Part shown: in pieces, positions 39,043 to 48,257 of the stretch | Position numbering within the stretch: the stretch's first letter is position 1 | Layout of the letters: each line of letters starts with the position of its first letter | From: an uncultured Armatimonadia bacterium | Lineage (GTDB): Bacteria; Armatimonadota; Zipacnadia; Zipacnadales; UBA5352 | Assembly: GCA_964617715.1 (NCBI GenBank) | Contig: CAZTZN010000008.1 | Span: 1-57,913 of the forward strand | Reading direction: 5' to 3' | DNA: 57,913 bases | Made by a program: the position numbers and the translations under genes | Notes under the pieces: model-generated | The model's input: the letters and a program-made list of their open reading frames with translations, nothing else | The model's database searches: none | What the model was told of the DNA's origin: nothing

Positions 39043-39175
39043 GACCCACCACCACAGGCTGTTTCCCCACCCGCCGATTGACGCCCTCTGCGCCGGAAGG
39101 GTTCGATGACCAGGCGGCGAATACCGGCGCGGCAGTGTGGCCTTGCGACAGAGCAGTACCGAGGGAGAATCCGAC

Positions 39176-40195
39176 ATGGACAAGCTGAGGGTTGCGATGA
39201 TCGGCGCCGGCGGGCGCGGCATGAGTCACATCAAGAGTATCGCAGGCGCGCCGAACATCGAGTTCGTCGCCATCTGCGACCTGGTCGAGGCGGCCGGGAT
39301 GAAGGTCTCGGAGGAGTTCGGTGTGCCCTGGGTGCCGACCATCGACCGACTTCTGGCCGACTACGACGTGGACGGCTGCGGCATCTGCGTGCCCACCGCC
39401 TACCACTACGAGGCGGCCATGCCCGTCATCGAGGCGGGCAAACACCTGGTGACCGAGAAGCCGATGGCAGGCTCGATTGCCCAGGCGCGCGAGATGATGG
39501 AGAAGGCCGAGGCCCAGGGACTGCGCGCGGCCATCTCCTACCAGCTCCGCTTCGGCCCGGTGTTCCGCAAGATGAAGGAGATCTGCGATCAGATCGATCC
39601 ACTGCAGGTGCTCTTCGCCCGTCAGCGCGCCATGATGAACGAGAAGTACCTCAGCCCCGAGCCCTTCGACGGCATCATGGACTTCATCAGCCACGACATC
39701 GACATGGTGCCCTTCCTGGCCGGGCGCGAGCCCAAGGCGGTCTTCGCCACCATGGGCCGTGAGGTGTGGGACAACCTCGGCTCGATCAGCTACATCGGCG
39801 CGCACATCGAGATCGGCGAAGGCCCGCACAAGACGGTGGGCGTGATCTCGTCCTCCATGGGCGGCGCCGAGGTGCCTCAGCGGCTGGATGTGGTGGGGCG
39901 CAATGGCGTGGCGGTCGCCACCGGCAATGACATCAAGTACGCCATCGGGCCCAACCCACCCATGGGCGAGACGCGCGACGCGTGGACCGCGACCTACGGG
40001 GGCGCGGCGCGCGACTTCACCGCCGACCTCTACCGCCACTGGGCGGCCTGCTGCCTTGACCCCGCCCTCGACCTGGCCCCCGCGGCCGGCTACCGCGACG
40101 GCTACAACGCGCTGCTGGTCTCGCTCGCGATGGTGCAGTCGGGCGAGAGCGGCGAGGTCATCGACCTGGCGGAGTTCGCGGCCGCCGCCGAGTAG
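39176..40195 (+). CDS. Gfo/Idh/MocA family oxidoreductase
   Basis: MIGAGGRG, GKHLVTEKPM, YQLRF, IMDFISHDID. Confidence 0.9.
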   Translation: MDKLRVAMIGAGGRGMSHIKSIAGAPNIEFVAICDLVEAAGMKVSEEFGVPWVPTIDRLLADYDVDGCGICVPTAYHYEAAMPVIEAGKHLVTEKPMAGSIAQAREMMEKAEAQGLRAAISYQLRFGPVFRKMKEICDQIDPLQVLFARQRAMMNEKYLSPEPFDGIMDFISHDIDMVPFLAGREPKAVFATMGREVWDNLGSISYIGAHIEIGEGPHKTVGVISSSMGGAEVPQRLDVVGRNGVAVATGNDIKYAIGPNPPMGETRDAWTATYGGAARDFTADLYRHWAACCLDPALDLAPAAGYRDGYNALLVSLAMVQSGESGEVIDLAEFAAAAE

Positions 40196-40270
40196 GTCGG
40201 CGCAAGCATGACACCCACGGCGCGGCCCTGATGCTTCAGGGCCGCGCCGGCCATCCGCGTCACGGGTCGC

Positions 40271-40747
40271 CTACAGTTCGAGGAAGTACTCGACGTAGGG
40301 AATGCCGCGCGTGAACCCGGCGTTGCGATACATCGCGCGCGCCGGTGCATGGGACATGTCGCCACCGGTCATCACCCGCGCCGAGGTCATCCCCGCCGCG
40401 CGGAAGATCTCCAGCACGTGCTTGATCTGCGCGGTGCCGATGCCGCGCCCCTGGTGCGCCGGGTCCACCGCATTGTTACTGATCTCCCCCACGCCGCGCT
40501 CGGTATGCAGCCGCCAGGTGACGAAGCCCACGATCTCGCCGTCAATCTCAGTGACCGCGGCGGCGGTGCAGTGGTGGCGAATCTGCCCCTCGACGCTTGC
40601 CCGCTTACGCTCCGCCCAGTCACCGAAGCTGTTCTGCCACGCTCGCTCCGCGATCAGCTCGCGCCATGCGTCGAAGACGCCCTGCCATGCGGCGACGGCG
40701 ATCTCGCCACAACGCCGCGCGTCCTCGGGCCGAGCGGGGCGAATCAC
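40271..40747 (-). CDS. GNAT family N-acetyltransferase
   Basis: IRPARPED, IVGFV, NAVDPAHQGRGIG, PARAMYRNAGF. Confidence 0.88.
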   Translation of the reverse strand: MIRPARPEDARRCGEIAVAAWQGVFDAWRELIAERAWQNSFGDWAERKRASVEGQIRHHCTAAAVTEIDGEIVGFVTWRLHTERGVGEISNNAVDPAHQGRGIGTAQIKHVLEIFRAAGMTSARVMTGGDMSHAPARAMYRNAGFTRGIPYVEYFLEL

Positions 40748-40769
40748 CGGATCGGCGCCCGCGCCTCCG

Positions 40770-41327
40770 CTACTCAACCGGGACGACGGACAGGTCATCG
40801 AAGCGCACCCAGAACGGGCCCTCGGTTTCAGTGTTGAGCACGCCGGTGTCGCCACCGGTCTCAAGCCGGACGGTGGCCATCTGAGCGTCGGCGGGCGCGG
40901 TAACCGTCGCAGTCAGCTCTGTCCACTCGAAGGTGCCGCCCGTATGCGGCGTGTCGTCCTTGATCTTCTCGCCGCTCGCCACTCCGGGCTCGCCGGCCCA
41001 CCAGTGCACGCGCGCATAGACCATGTCGGCGGGGGCGCCCTCCGCGCTCGCCCACACGGTGACGCGGTACTGCTTCCCGGGCTCCACCGCGAACGCCGCG
41101 CTGCGCACAATCCCGCGGCCACTCTGCCCCATCTGCAGCAGCAGCGCCTTCGTGCCGCCGTGAACGCTCTCCTCGTCGATGCTGAACTCCACCGGGCCGA
41201 CGATGACGTCGGTCAGCCAGCCCTCGGTCAGGCCCTGCTCGAAGTCACCACCGGGCACCAGGTTGTCCTGTCCCAGGCATAGCGCCGGCGTCAGCAGCGC
41301 GATGGTCATCATTGCGGTCAGTCTCAT
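40770..41327 (-). CDS. Exported carbohydrate-binding-domain protein (CBM4/9-like)
   Basis: Signal peptide; NLVPGGDFE, VEPGKQYRVTVWA, WTELTATVTAP, VRFDDLSV. Confidence 0.75.
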   Translation of the reverse strand: MRLTAMMTIALLTPALCLGQDNLVPGGDFEQGLTEGWLTDVIVGPVEFSIDEESVHGGTKALLLQMGQSGRGIVRSAAFAVEPGKQYRVTVWASAEGAPADMVYARVHWWAGEPGVASGEKIKDDTPHTGGTFEWTELTATVTAPADAQMATVRLETGGDTGVLNTETEGPFWVRFDDLSVVPVE

Positions 41328-41476
41328 ACCGTCCACCTCCACGTGTAACGCGGTGGTCAGGCCCACAACGTTCCCGTCATCCTCCTGATCGCCGCGAGAG
41401 TGCGCGCTCGTTCGATGGGGCGGCCGAGTACACCTCCGGCCCCACCGTGCGCCCGCCCGTCACCGCCACCCTCCCG

Positions 41477-42718
41477 TCACGCGCGGAACGCCGCCTCGAC
41501 CTTGCGGATCGCCGCCAGCACGTCGTCGCAGTCGCGCTCGGTGATGGTCGGGTAGACCTCCAGGCACACCACTCGCTCCCCCATGGCCTCGCTGACCGGG
41601 CACGAACCCGGCCGGTAGTGCGTACGCGCCGCCTCGACCGGAAGGCCCCACGGCGCGCCTTCGCCCGACCAACGCGCGTCCAGGTGGGTGGCGAACGAGC
41701 TGCCTCGATTGATGAGCACGCCCTCGGCGGCAACCGCGCGGATGAACTCGTCACGGGTGCAGGTCACCGCGTCCTGATTGAACACACAGTCGTAGCGAAA
41801 GAAGCTGTGCGTGCGGTCGAGCCCGTCCGGAATCGGATCGATGGCCGCGCTCTCCGCCAGCCCCGCGGTCAGATAGCCTGCCAGCTCGCGCCGGCGCGCC
41901 ACCATCTCGTCGAGACGCCCCAGCACGGTCAGGCCGATTGCCGCCTGCATCTCGGTCATGCGCAGGTTCCACCCGACGACCGGCTCCCCCACCATGCCCC
42001 GCCAGCGGCCCGCTTCGTCAGGGTGGTCGTAGAGCACTCCGTAGTGTGCCGCCGCGCGCGCCCGCCGCGCCAGTTCGAGGTCGTCGGTGACCACCATCCC
42101 CCCCTCCCCGCCGGTGGTCATGTGCTTGGTCTGACAGAAGCTGAAGGCCGCGATGTGTGCCAGGGAACCGGTCTTCTTCCCCCTGTACGTGGCGCCATGG
42201 GCCTGAGCCACGTCCTCGACCACCGCCAGATTGTGCTCGGCCGCGAGCGTCATAATCTCGTCCATGTCGCACGGCCGGCCGTACATATGCACCGCCACAA
42301 TCGCCTTCGTGCGTTCGGTGATGAGCGGGCGAATGGTGTCCGCGCAGATGTTGAGCGTCGCCGCGTCGATGTCGGCAAAGACCGGCTTCGCGTTGAGCCA
42401 CACCGGCGCCAGGTCGCTGGCGATGTAGGTGTGCGCAGGCACGATTACCTCGTCGCCCGGGCCGACGCCGCAGGCGGCAACGGCGGCCTGCAGCGCCGCA
42501 CCACCGTTGGTGACCGCCAGGCCGTAACGCACCCCGCACCACTGCGCGAACGCCGCCTCGAAGCGTACGCCCCAGTCGCCGCGGTGATAGTTGACGTCAT
42601 CGGAGTCGAGCACCGCCTGAACCGCCTGCTTCTCCTCCTCCTCGAAGTGCGGCCAGGGCGGGAAGGGCTCGGTGCGCACGGGTGTGCCCCCGCTGATGGC
42701 CAGGTGGTCGCTGCTCAC
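41477..42718 (-). CDS. DegT/DnrJ/EryC1/StrS family PLP aminotransferase
   Basis: GPGDEVIVP, VEDVAQAHGA, AFSFCQTKHMTTGGEGG (PLP lysine), GWNLRMTEMQAAIG. Confidence 0.93.
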   Translation of the reverse strand: MSSDHLAISGGTPVRTEPFPPWPHFEEEEKQAVQAVLDSDDVNYHRGDWGVRFEAAFAQWCGVRYGLAVTNGGAALQAAVAACGVGPGDEVIVPAHTYIASDLAPVWLNAKPVFADIDAATLNICADTIRPLITERTKAIVAVHMYGRPCDMDEIMTLAAEHNLAVVEDVAQAHGATYRGKKTGSLAHIAAFSFCQTKHMTTGGEGGMVVTDDLELARRARAAAHYGVLYDHPDEAGRWRGMVGEPVVGWNLRMTEMQAAIGLTVLGRLDEMVARRRELAGYLTAGLAESAAIDPIPDGLDRTHSFFRYDCVFNQDAVTCTRDEFIRAVAAEGVLINRGSSFATHLDARWSGEGAPWGLPVEAARTHYRPGSCPVSEAMGERVVCLEVYPTITERDCDDVLAAIRKVEAAFRA

Positions 42719-42748
42719 ATCAGTGCCTCCCTCGTGCCGCCGTCTCGA

Positions 42749-44194
42749 CTATGAGCCGATGACGTGCACCTTCATGGTGTTGGTGGTGCCGCGTCGGCCT
42801 ATCGGAGTGCCCGCGGTCACAACGATCACGTCGCCCTCGTGGCACAGCTCCAGCTCGCAGAGCTGCTGGTCCACGCGGTGGATCATCTCGTCGGTGTCAT
42901 TCACCGGGTCGATCAGCAGCGGCTGCACCCCCCAGTAGAGGTTGCAGCGCCGTGCGGTTTCAGGCAGCGGTGTCGCGGCGATGATGGGCATGCGCGGCCG
43001 ACACTTGGAGACCAGGCGCGCGGTGCTGCCCGATTGGGTGAAGGCCGCGATGACCCGCGCTCCCAGACTCTCGGCGGTGTCCGCCGCAGCCCGGCTGACC
43101 GCGTCGGCGAAGTCCAGGAAGTCCGTGCCCACCAGGGGCGCGGTCCGCGCCTCGGTGCGTTGCAGCTCCTGCTCCGCGGTCCGCGCGATAGTGCACATCA
43201 TCTGCACGGTCTCAGCGGGATAGTCGCCGATCGCCGTCTCCCCCGAGAGCATGAGCGCGTCGGTGCCGTCGAACACCGCGTTGGCGACATCTGAGGCTTC
43301 GGCCCGTGTCGGCCGCGGGCTGTGCGTCATGCTCTCGAGCATCTGCGTCGCGGTGATCACCGGCACGCGCTGGCGCCGGCACTCGGCGATGATGCGCTTC
43401 TGCAGCACCGGCACTGCCCCCGGCGAGGTCTCGACCCCCAGATCGCCGCGGGCTACCATCACCACGTCGGAGGCGGCCACGACGTCCGCCAGCTCCTCCA
43501 GTGCCTCGGGCTTCTCGAGCTTCGCGACCACGGGCGTGTCCGCGCCCAGGTCGGTGATGGCTCGCCGGATGCGGCGCATGTCCTCAGCCGAGCGCACGAA
43601 GCTCAGCGCCACGTAGTCGGCCCCCAGCCGAATCGCGAACTCCAGGTCCTCACGGTCCTTGTCCGTCAGCGAAGGCGCGCTGATCCGCGCACCCGGCAGA
43701 TTGATGCCCGCGTGCTCGCGCACAACCCCACCGAAGACGACTTCGCACTCGACTTCCCGGCCTGCGGTCTTGAGCACCCGCAGCTCCACCAACCCATCGT
43801 TGATGAGCACACGATCGTCGGGCCGCACGTCGCGCGGCAGCTCCGCGTAGGTGATGGAGAGCCGCTCGCCGGTCCCGCGGCTGACTGCGGTGTCTATGGT
43901 GACACGGTCGCCCGTCTGCAGCGTCACCGGCCCGCCGCCCTCCAGCTCGCCCACGCGGATCTTGGGGCCCTGCAGGTCGGCGAGGATGGCGATCGGACAC
44001 CCTCTGGCCGCCGCCACCGAACGCACACGCTCGAAGGTGCGCGCATGTGTCTCGTGGTCGCCGTGCGAGAAATTGAGCCGGGCGACATCCATGCCCCCAT
44101 CAATGAGCCGACCGATCATCTCCTCGCTCTCCGTCGCCGGTCCGAGCGTGCAGATGATCTTGGTCGGGTTGGGGTTGCCCACCAGTGTGCCCAC
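42749..44194 (-). CDS. pyk: Pyruvate kinase
   Basis: TKIICTLGPA, RLNFSHG, DLQGPKIR, MVARGDLGVE, ATQMLESM, PTRAEASDVANA, MLSGETA. Confidence 0.97.
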   Translation of the reverse strand: MGTLVGNPNPTKIICTLGPATESEEMIGRLIDGGMDVARLNFSHGDHETHARTFERVRSVAAARGCPIAILADLQGPKIRVGELEGGGPVTLQTGDRVTIDTAVSRGTGERLSITYAELPRDVRPDDRVLINDGLVELRVLKTAGREVECEVVFGGVVREHAGINLPGARISAPSLTDKDREDLEFAIRLGADYVALSFVRSAEDMRRIRRAITDLGADTPVVAKLEKPEALEELADVVAASDVVMVARGDLGVETSPGAVPVLQKRIIAECRRQRVPVITATQMLESMTHSPRPTRAEASDVANAVFDGTDALMLSGETAIGDYPAETVQMMCTIARTAEQELQRTEARTAPLVGTDFLDFADAVSRAAADTAESLGARVIAAFTQSGSTARLVSKCRPRMPIIAATPLPETARRCNLYWGVQPLLIDPVNDTDEMIHRVDQQLCELELCHEGDVIVVTAGTPIGRRGTTNTMKVHVIGS

Positions 44195-44296
44195 CAGGAC
44201 CGTCCTCCTCGTACGGATGAGACGAGCTGCGCGGGGGTGCCGCTGCGATATTTCACCATGAGGGCGCGCTGTCCCTGCGCGCGCCGGATCCCAAGG

Positions 44297-44325
44297 TTGA
44301 CTGTGCCGGCGTCTTGGAGTACATT
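44297..44325 (+). promoter_or_regulatory. Putative sigma70 promoter for hpf
   Basis: TTGACT-17 nt-TACATT. Confidence 0.55.
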
Positions 44326-44422
44326 ACCTGGTGATACAGTGCTCGGCGCCGATCCCGGACGGTCTCGGCGCCGGCCGGAACAGCATCGTTCGATCGCAGC
44401 TCGGGGGAAGGTGGTAAGGGAT

Positions 44423-44995
44423 ATGAGAATCGACGTACGCGGCAAGAACGGCAGCGTTCCTCAACGCTTTCTCGACCATGCCGAACCGCGCCTCAAAAGC
44501 CTCAGCCAGTATCTCGACAAGCTCCAGGCCGTGCGAGTCGTGCTCGACGAGAAGAGGGGTATGCACACGGTCGAGATTACCGTGGAGGAGCCGCGCCATG
44601 TGTTCCGCAGTGAAAAGGCATCCAGCGACATGTTGGAAGCTTTCGACGATGCGTACAGGGCCGTTGAGAAGCAGGCGCGCCGACACAAGCGCCGCCGGCG
44701 CAGACACACCAAGCAGAGCGTGCGCCAGCTTGAGCCGGCCCTGTCCGCGGAGATGACCGGCGAGCCGCTGTCCGACCTCGAGGAGGATGACACGCCGGAT
44801 GACGGCGACGGGCCCGAGATCGTGCGCGTGAAGAGCCACGCGCTCAAGCCCATGGTCCCCGAAGAGGCGGCCATGCAGATGGAGATGGTCGGGCACGACT
44901 TCTATGTGTTCACCGACGCGAGGACCGAGAACGTCGCGGTGGTCTACCGCCGCAAGTCTGGAGGCTATGGCCTGATCGAGCCTAACGTGGAGTAG
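44423..44995 (+). CDS. hpf: Ribosome hibernation promoting factor, long form
   Basis: MRIDVRGKN.., C-terminal IVRVK..LKPMVPEEAAMQMEMVGHDFYVF..VVYRRKSGGYGLIE. Confidence 0.93.
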   Translation: MRIDVRGKNGSVPQRFLDHAEPRLKSLSQYLDKLQAVRVVLDEKRGMHTVEITVEEPRHVFRSEKASSDMLEAFDDAYRAVEKQARRHKRRRRRHTKQSVRQLEPALSAEMTGEPLSDLEEDDTPDDGDGPEIVRVKSHALKPMVPEEAAMQMEMVGHDFYVFTDARTENVAVVYRRKSGGYGLIEPNVE

Positions 44996-45022
44996 CCCTC
45001 GCAACGCCAGCATGGTATACTT

Positions 45023-45114
45023 ACACACCGCAGCGTCCGGTGCGTGATGCGCGTACCGGCGCTGCAGTGTGTTCTCCCGGAGGCGGGCAGCCGGTAGGGT
45101 TGCTGTTCGCCTCC
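45023..45114 (+). other. Tandem RNA hairpins between hpf and the ClC gene
   Basis: Stem 1 45023-45072 (about 20 bp, interrupted); stem 2 GGAGGCGGGCAGC / GCTGTTCGCCTCC (45079-45114). Confidence 0.55.
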
Positions 45115-45202
45115 CTCCACACGTCCATAATCACACATCAATCACTCGCCCGCCCCCCACCGCCAGCCGGCGCGGGGACGACCCGAAGGCACGTGTTGCA
45201 CC

Positions 45203-47011
45203 ATGTCGCCCATAATTCCGCCGCGCATACTCCGACGGCTCAGTGCTGCGCGCTTGCAACGGCTGTTCACCGCGCGTCTTCCCCTCATCTGGAGCCACCA
45301 CTCGTCGCTGATTGTGCTGGGCATTGTCACCGGGATCGGTGGCGGCCTGGGCGCTGTGGCCTTTCGCTGGCTCATCGGCACCTTTCACACCCTCTTCTTC
45401 GATTGGGGCGCAGTCGCTTTCGCCTTCCTCGGGGTCTACTACACAATTGTCCTGCCGGCGATCGGAGGGATCATCGTCGGCCCGCTCACCGTCTTCTTCG
45501 CGCCCGAAGCACGCGGGCATGGCGTGCCCGAGATCATGGAGGCGGTCGCGGTGCGCGGCGGCCGTATCCGCCCGCGAGTCGCGGTCGTCAAGGCACTGGC
45601 ATCGTCCGTGTGCATCGGTTCGGGGGGCTCGGTCGGCCGCGAAGGGCCCATCGCCCAGATCGGGGCCGCGTTGGGCTCCGCCATCGGTGGCCTGCTCAAC
45701 CTCCCGGAGAAGCGCGTCAAGACCCTGGTCGCCTGCGGCGCGGCCGGCGGCATCGCCGCCACCTTCAATGCCCCCATCGGCGGAGCTTTCTTCGCCCTCG
45801 AACTCATCCTCGGCGAGTGGACTGCCGAGGCCTTCGCACCGGTGGTCATCGCCGCCGTGGTGGCCGCGAGCATCGGGCGCATGGTCTTCGGCGACGTGCC
45901 CGCGTTCCTCATGCCTCAGCACCAGATCGAGGGTTTCGTAGAGCTGCCCTACTTCATCCTGCTCGGCCTGCTCGCCGGCCCCGTGGCGGTGCTGTTCATC
46001 CGCGCGGTCAGCCTCAGTGAGAACCTCGCCGACCGCGTGCCCATCCCACGCTGGGCGCTTCCGATCGCCGGTGGGCTGCTCGTCGGCCTCGTCGGCCTTT
46101 ACGACACCACCCTCTACGGCGTCGGCTACGACAAGATCCAATCGCTGCTGACCGAGCCGCAGTTGCTGATCTGGCCTCTGGTGGCGCTCATCCCCGTCAA
46201 GCTGATCGCGACCTCACTGACCCTCGGCTCCGGTGGTTCCGGCGGTGTATTCTCGCCCTCGCTCTACATCGGCGCACTTACGGGCTTCGCCTTCGGCGCC
46301 TTCGCCAACGCCCACCTGCCCGGCGCGCACACTGAGCCATCGGTCTACGCCCTTCTGGGGATGGCCGCGGTCTTCGCCGGCACCAGCCACGCGCCGATCA
46401 CCGCGTTGCTGATCGTCTTTGAGCTGATCGCCGACTACCACATGATCCTCCCGCTGATGGTCGCCGTCGGCACCTCGGTAATCACCGCTCGCCTGATCCA
46501 CCGCTTCTCGATCTACAACGTCAAGTTGGTCCGCCACGGGGTGCACGTGCAGCTTGGCCACGACATCCAGGTGCTGTCGGAGATCTCAGTCGCGGAGACC
46601 ATGACCCGGCGCGTGCACACCTTACCCGTCGATGCGCCCTTCAGCGAAGTCATGGACGCCTTCGAGCGCACCCGCCATCACGGCCTCCCAATCGTAGACG
46701 AAGAGGGACGACTGCACGGGCTGGTGACGCTCAGCGACGTCCGGCGCGCGCGCCCCGGAGCGTCTAACATCACTGCGTCGGACATCGCCACCCACAAGCT
46801 GGTGATTGCCTTCCCGTCCGACAGCCTCAACGATGCGTTGCGGAAGATGGGAATCGCGGGCGTGGGGCGACTGCCCGTGGTGGATCCCGAGGACCATTCG
46901 CGCCTGCTGGGGATTATCACACGCCAGGACATCGTGTCGGCGTACAACCGGGCGCTCACGCGCCTGCACACGCACCTCGAGGAGACCCAGGACGAGGACT
47001 ACTTCGACTGA
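45203..47011 (+). CDS. ClC chloride channel/antiporter with CBS pair
   Basis: GHGVPE, GGSVGREGP, AATFNAPIGG, GGSGGVFSP; two C-terminal CBS domains. Confidence 0.93.
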   Translation: MSPIIPPRILRRLSAARLQRLFTARLPLIWSHHSSLIVLGIVTGIGGGLGAVAFRWLIGTFHTLFFDWGAVAFAFLGVYYTIVLPAIGGIIVGPLTVFFAPEARGHGVPEIMEAVAVRGGRIRPRVAVVKALASSVCIGSGGSVGREGPIAQIGAALGSAIGGLLNLPEKRVKTLVACGAAGGIAATFNAPIGGAFFALELILGEWTAEAFAPVVIAAVVAASIGRMVFGDVPAFLMPQHQIEGFVELPYFILLGLLAGPVAVLFIRAVSLSENLADRVPIPRWALPIAGGLLVGLVGLYDTTLYGVGYDKIQSLLTEPQLLIWPLVALIPVKLIATSLTLGSGGSGGVFSPSLYIGALTGFAFGAFANAHLPGAHTEPSVYALLGMAAVFAGTSHAPITALLIVFELIADYHMILPLMVAVGTSVITARLIHRFSIYNVKLVRHGVHVQLGHDIQVLSEISVAETMTRRVHTLPVDAPFSEVMDAFERTRHHGLPIVDEEGRLHGLVTLSDVRRARPGASNITASDIATHKLVIAFPSDSLNDALRKMGIAGVGRLPVVDPEDHSRLLGIITRQDIVSAYNRALTRLHTHLEETQDEDYFD

Positions 47012-47020
47012 CCCGGCGAT

Positions 47021-48238
47021 TCAGCGGACCCTGTGCGCGGCGGCAACCGCGGCGGCGTAGACCTGCTTGAGCGCGGCGCCATGCTCCGCAGCCGCCCGCC
47101 GGCAGTCCTCGTACTCGGGTGACAGGGTCACCGCCTCACCGCCGAGATAGCCGACCTTCACCCGCACGGCGCCGAACTCCGTCGCCACCTCGATCTGCTC
47201 GCGGCGCAGGCATCGCCGCTCCATCGGCGCCATGCGCACCCCCAGGCTGGTGGTCTCGCGCAGCAGCGCCTCAGCGACCGCGTCGGCCCGTTCCGGGGCG
47301 CATATGACGCGCAGCAGCAGCGCCGGCCGGCCCTTCTTCATCACGATCGGAGTCACCCAGGCGTCCAGCGCCCCCGCCGCCAGCGCCGCATCCATGGCGC
47401 CCGGCACCAGCTCTCCGGTCATGTCATCGACGTTCGTCTCGATCGCCACCACCTGCCCCGCCTCTTGCAGCTCAGGCGCCTCATCCATCTCCGCGCTCAG
47501 CCACAACCGCGCCACGTTGGGCACCGGGTCGAAGTCGGCGGTGCCCGCGCCGTAGCCAATGCACTCGGCGATGAAGTCGGCCGGACGTCCGAAGCCATCG
47601 GCGAGCGCCGCCACCAGCGCCGCTCCAGTCGGCGTCACGGTCTCCCCGTCAATATCGACCTCCCGCGTGGGAAGGCCGGTCAACAGTTCCGCGGTCGCGG
47701 GTGCGGGCACGGGCAGCCGCCCGTGTGCGCACTCGATCCAGCCGTGTCCGATGGGCAGCGGCGCGCAGTGCAGCCGCTCGACTCCCAGCCGCCGGAGGCC
47801 CTCAACCGCGCCCACCACATCCACCAGCGTGTCCAGCCCGCCCAGCTCGTGAAAATGCACCTCCTCGGGCGTGCTGTCGTGCACCCTCGCCTCGGCCTCG
47901 GCCAGTCGCCGGATGATCGCCGCCGAGCGCTCGATGACCGTGGCCTCCAGATCGGCCGCCACCACCACCCCGAGCAGCTCCGCTGCGCTCCGCCCGTGAT
48001 GGTGATGGTGATCGCCGTCGTCATGGTGATGCTCGCGCGCGTGCACCTCCACCTTGGTGGCCGCGATTCCCGTCTTCATCACCTGACGCGCCGACACCTC
48101 GACCTCATCGGCGATGCCCAGTGCCGTGATGGTCTCCTGCACGGCTTCAATCGGCAGGCCGCAGGCCACCAGCGCCCCCAGTGTCATGTCCCCGCTCAGT
48201 CCGCCTACCGCCTCCAGGTATGCCACTCTCATCGTCAT
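47021..48238 (-). CDS. larC: Nickel-pincer cofactor biosynthesis protein LarC
   Basis: GLSGDMTLGAL, His-rich HHHDDGDHHHHH, VHFHELG..D, CAHGRLPVPAPAT, TPTGAA, IETNVDD, MKKGRP, ETTSLGVR, PEYED. Confidence 0.93.
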   Translation of the reverse strand: MTMRVAYLEAVGGLSGDMTLGALVACGLPIEAVQETITALGIADEVEVSARQVMKTGIAATKVEVHAREHHHDDGDHHHHHGRSAAELLGVVVAADLEATVIERSAAIIRRLAEAEARVHDSTPEEVHFHELGGLDTLVDVVGAVEGLRRLGVERLHCAPLPIGHGWIECAHGRLPVPAPATAELLTGLPTREVDIDGETVTPTGAALVAALADGFGRPADFIAECIGYGAGTADFDPVPNVARLWLSAEMDEAPELQEAGQVVAIETNVDDMTGELVPGAMDAALAAGALDAWVTPIVMKKGRPALLLRVICAPERADAVAEALLRETTSLGVRMAPMERRCLRREQIEVATEFGAVRVKVGYLGGEAVTLSPEYEDCRRAAAEHGAALKQVYAAAVAAAHRVR

Positions 48239-48257
48239 CGGGATTGCGCGACTCCCT

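Noticed and set aside
43322-44422. Apparent long N-terminal extension on hpf (557-aa ORF)
   Set aside because: Overlaps pyk on the opposite strand; HPF homology begins at ATG 44423 after its own promoter.
45023-45120. Fluoride (crcB) riboswitch upstream of the ClC gene
   Set aside because: No GGCGATGGnGTTCGCC...GCTGATGAC consensus, and the protein lacks CLC-F signature motifs.
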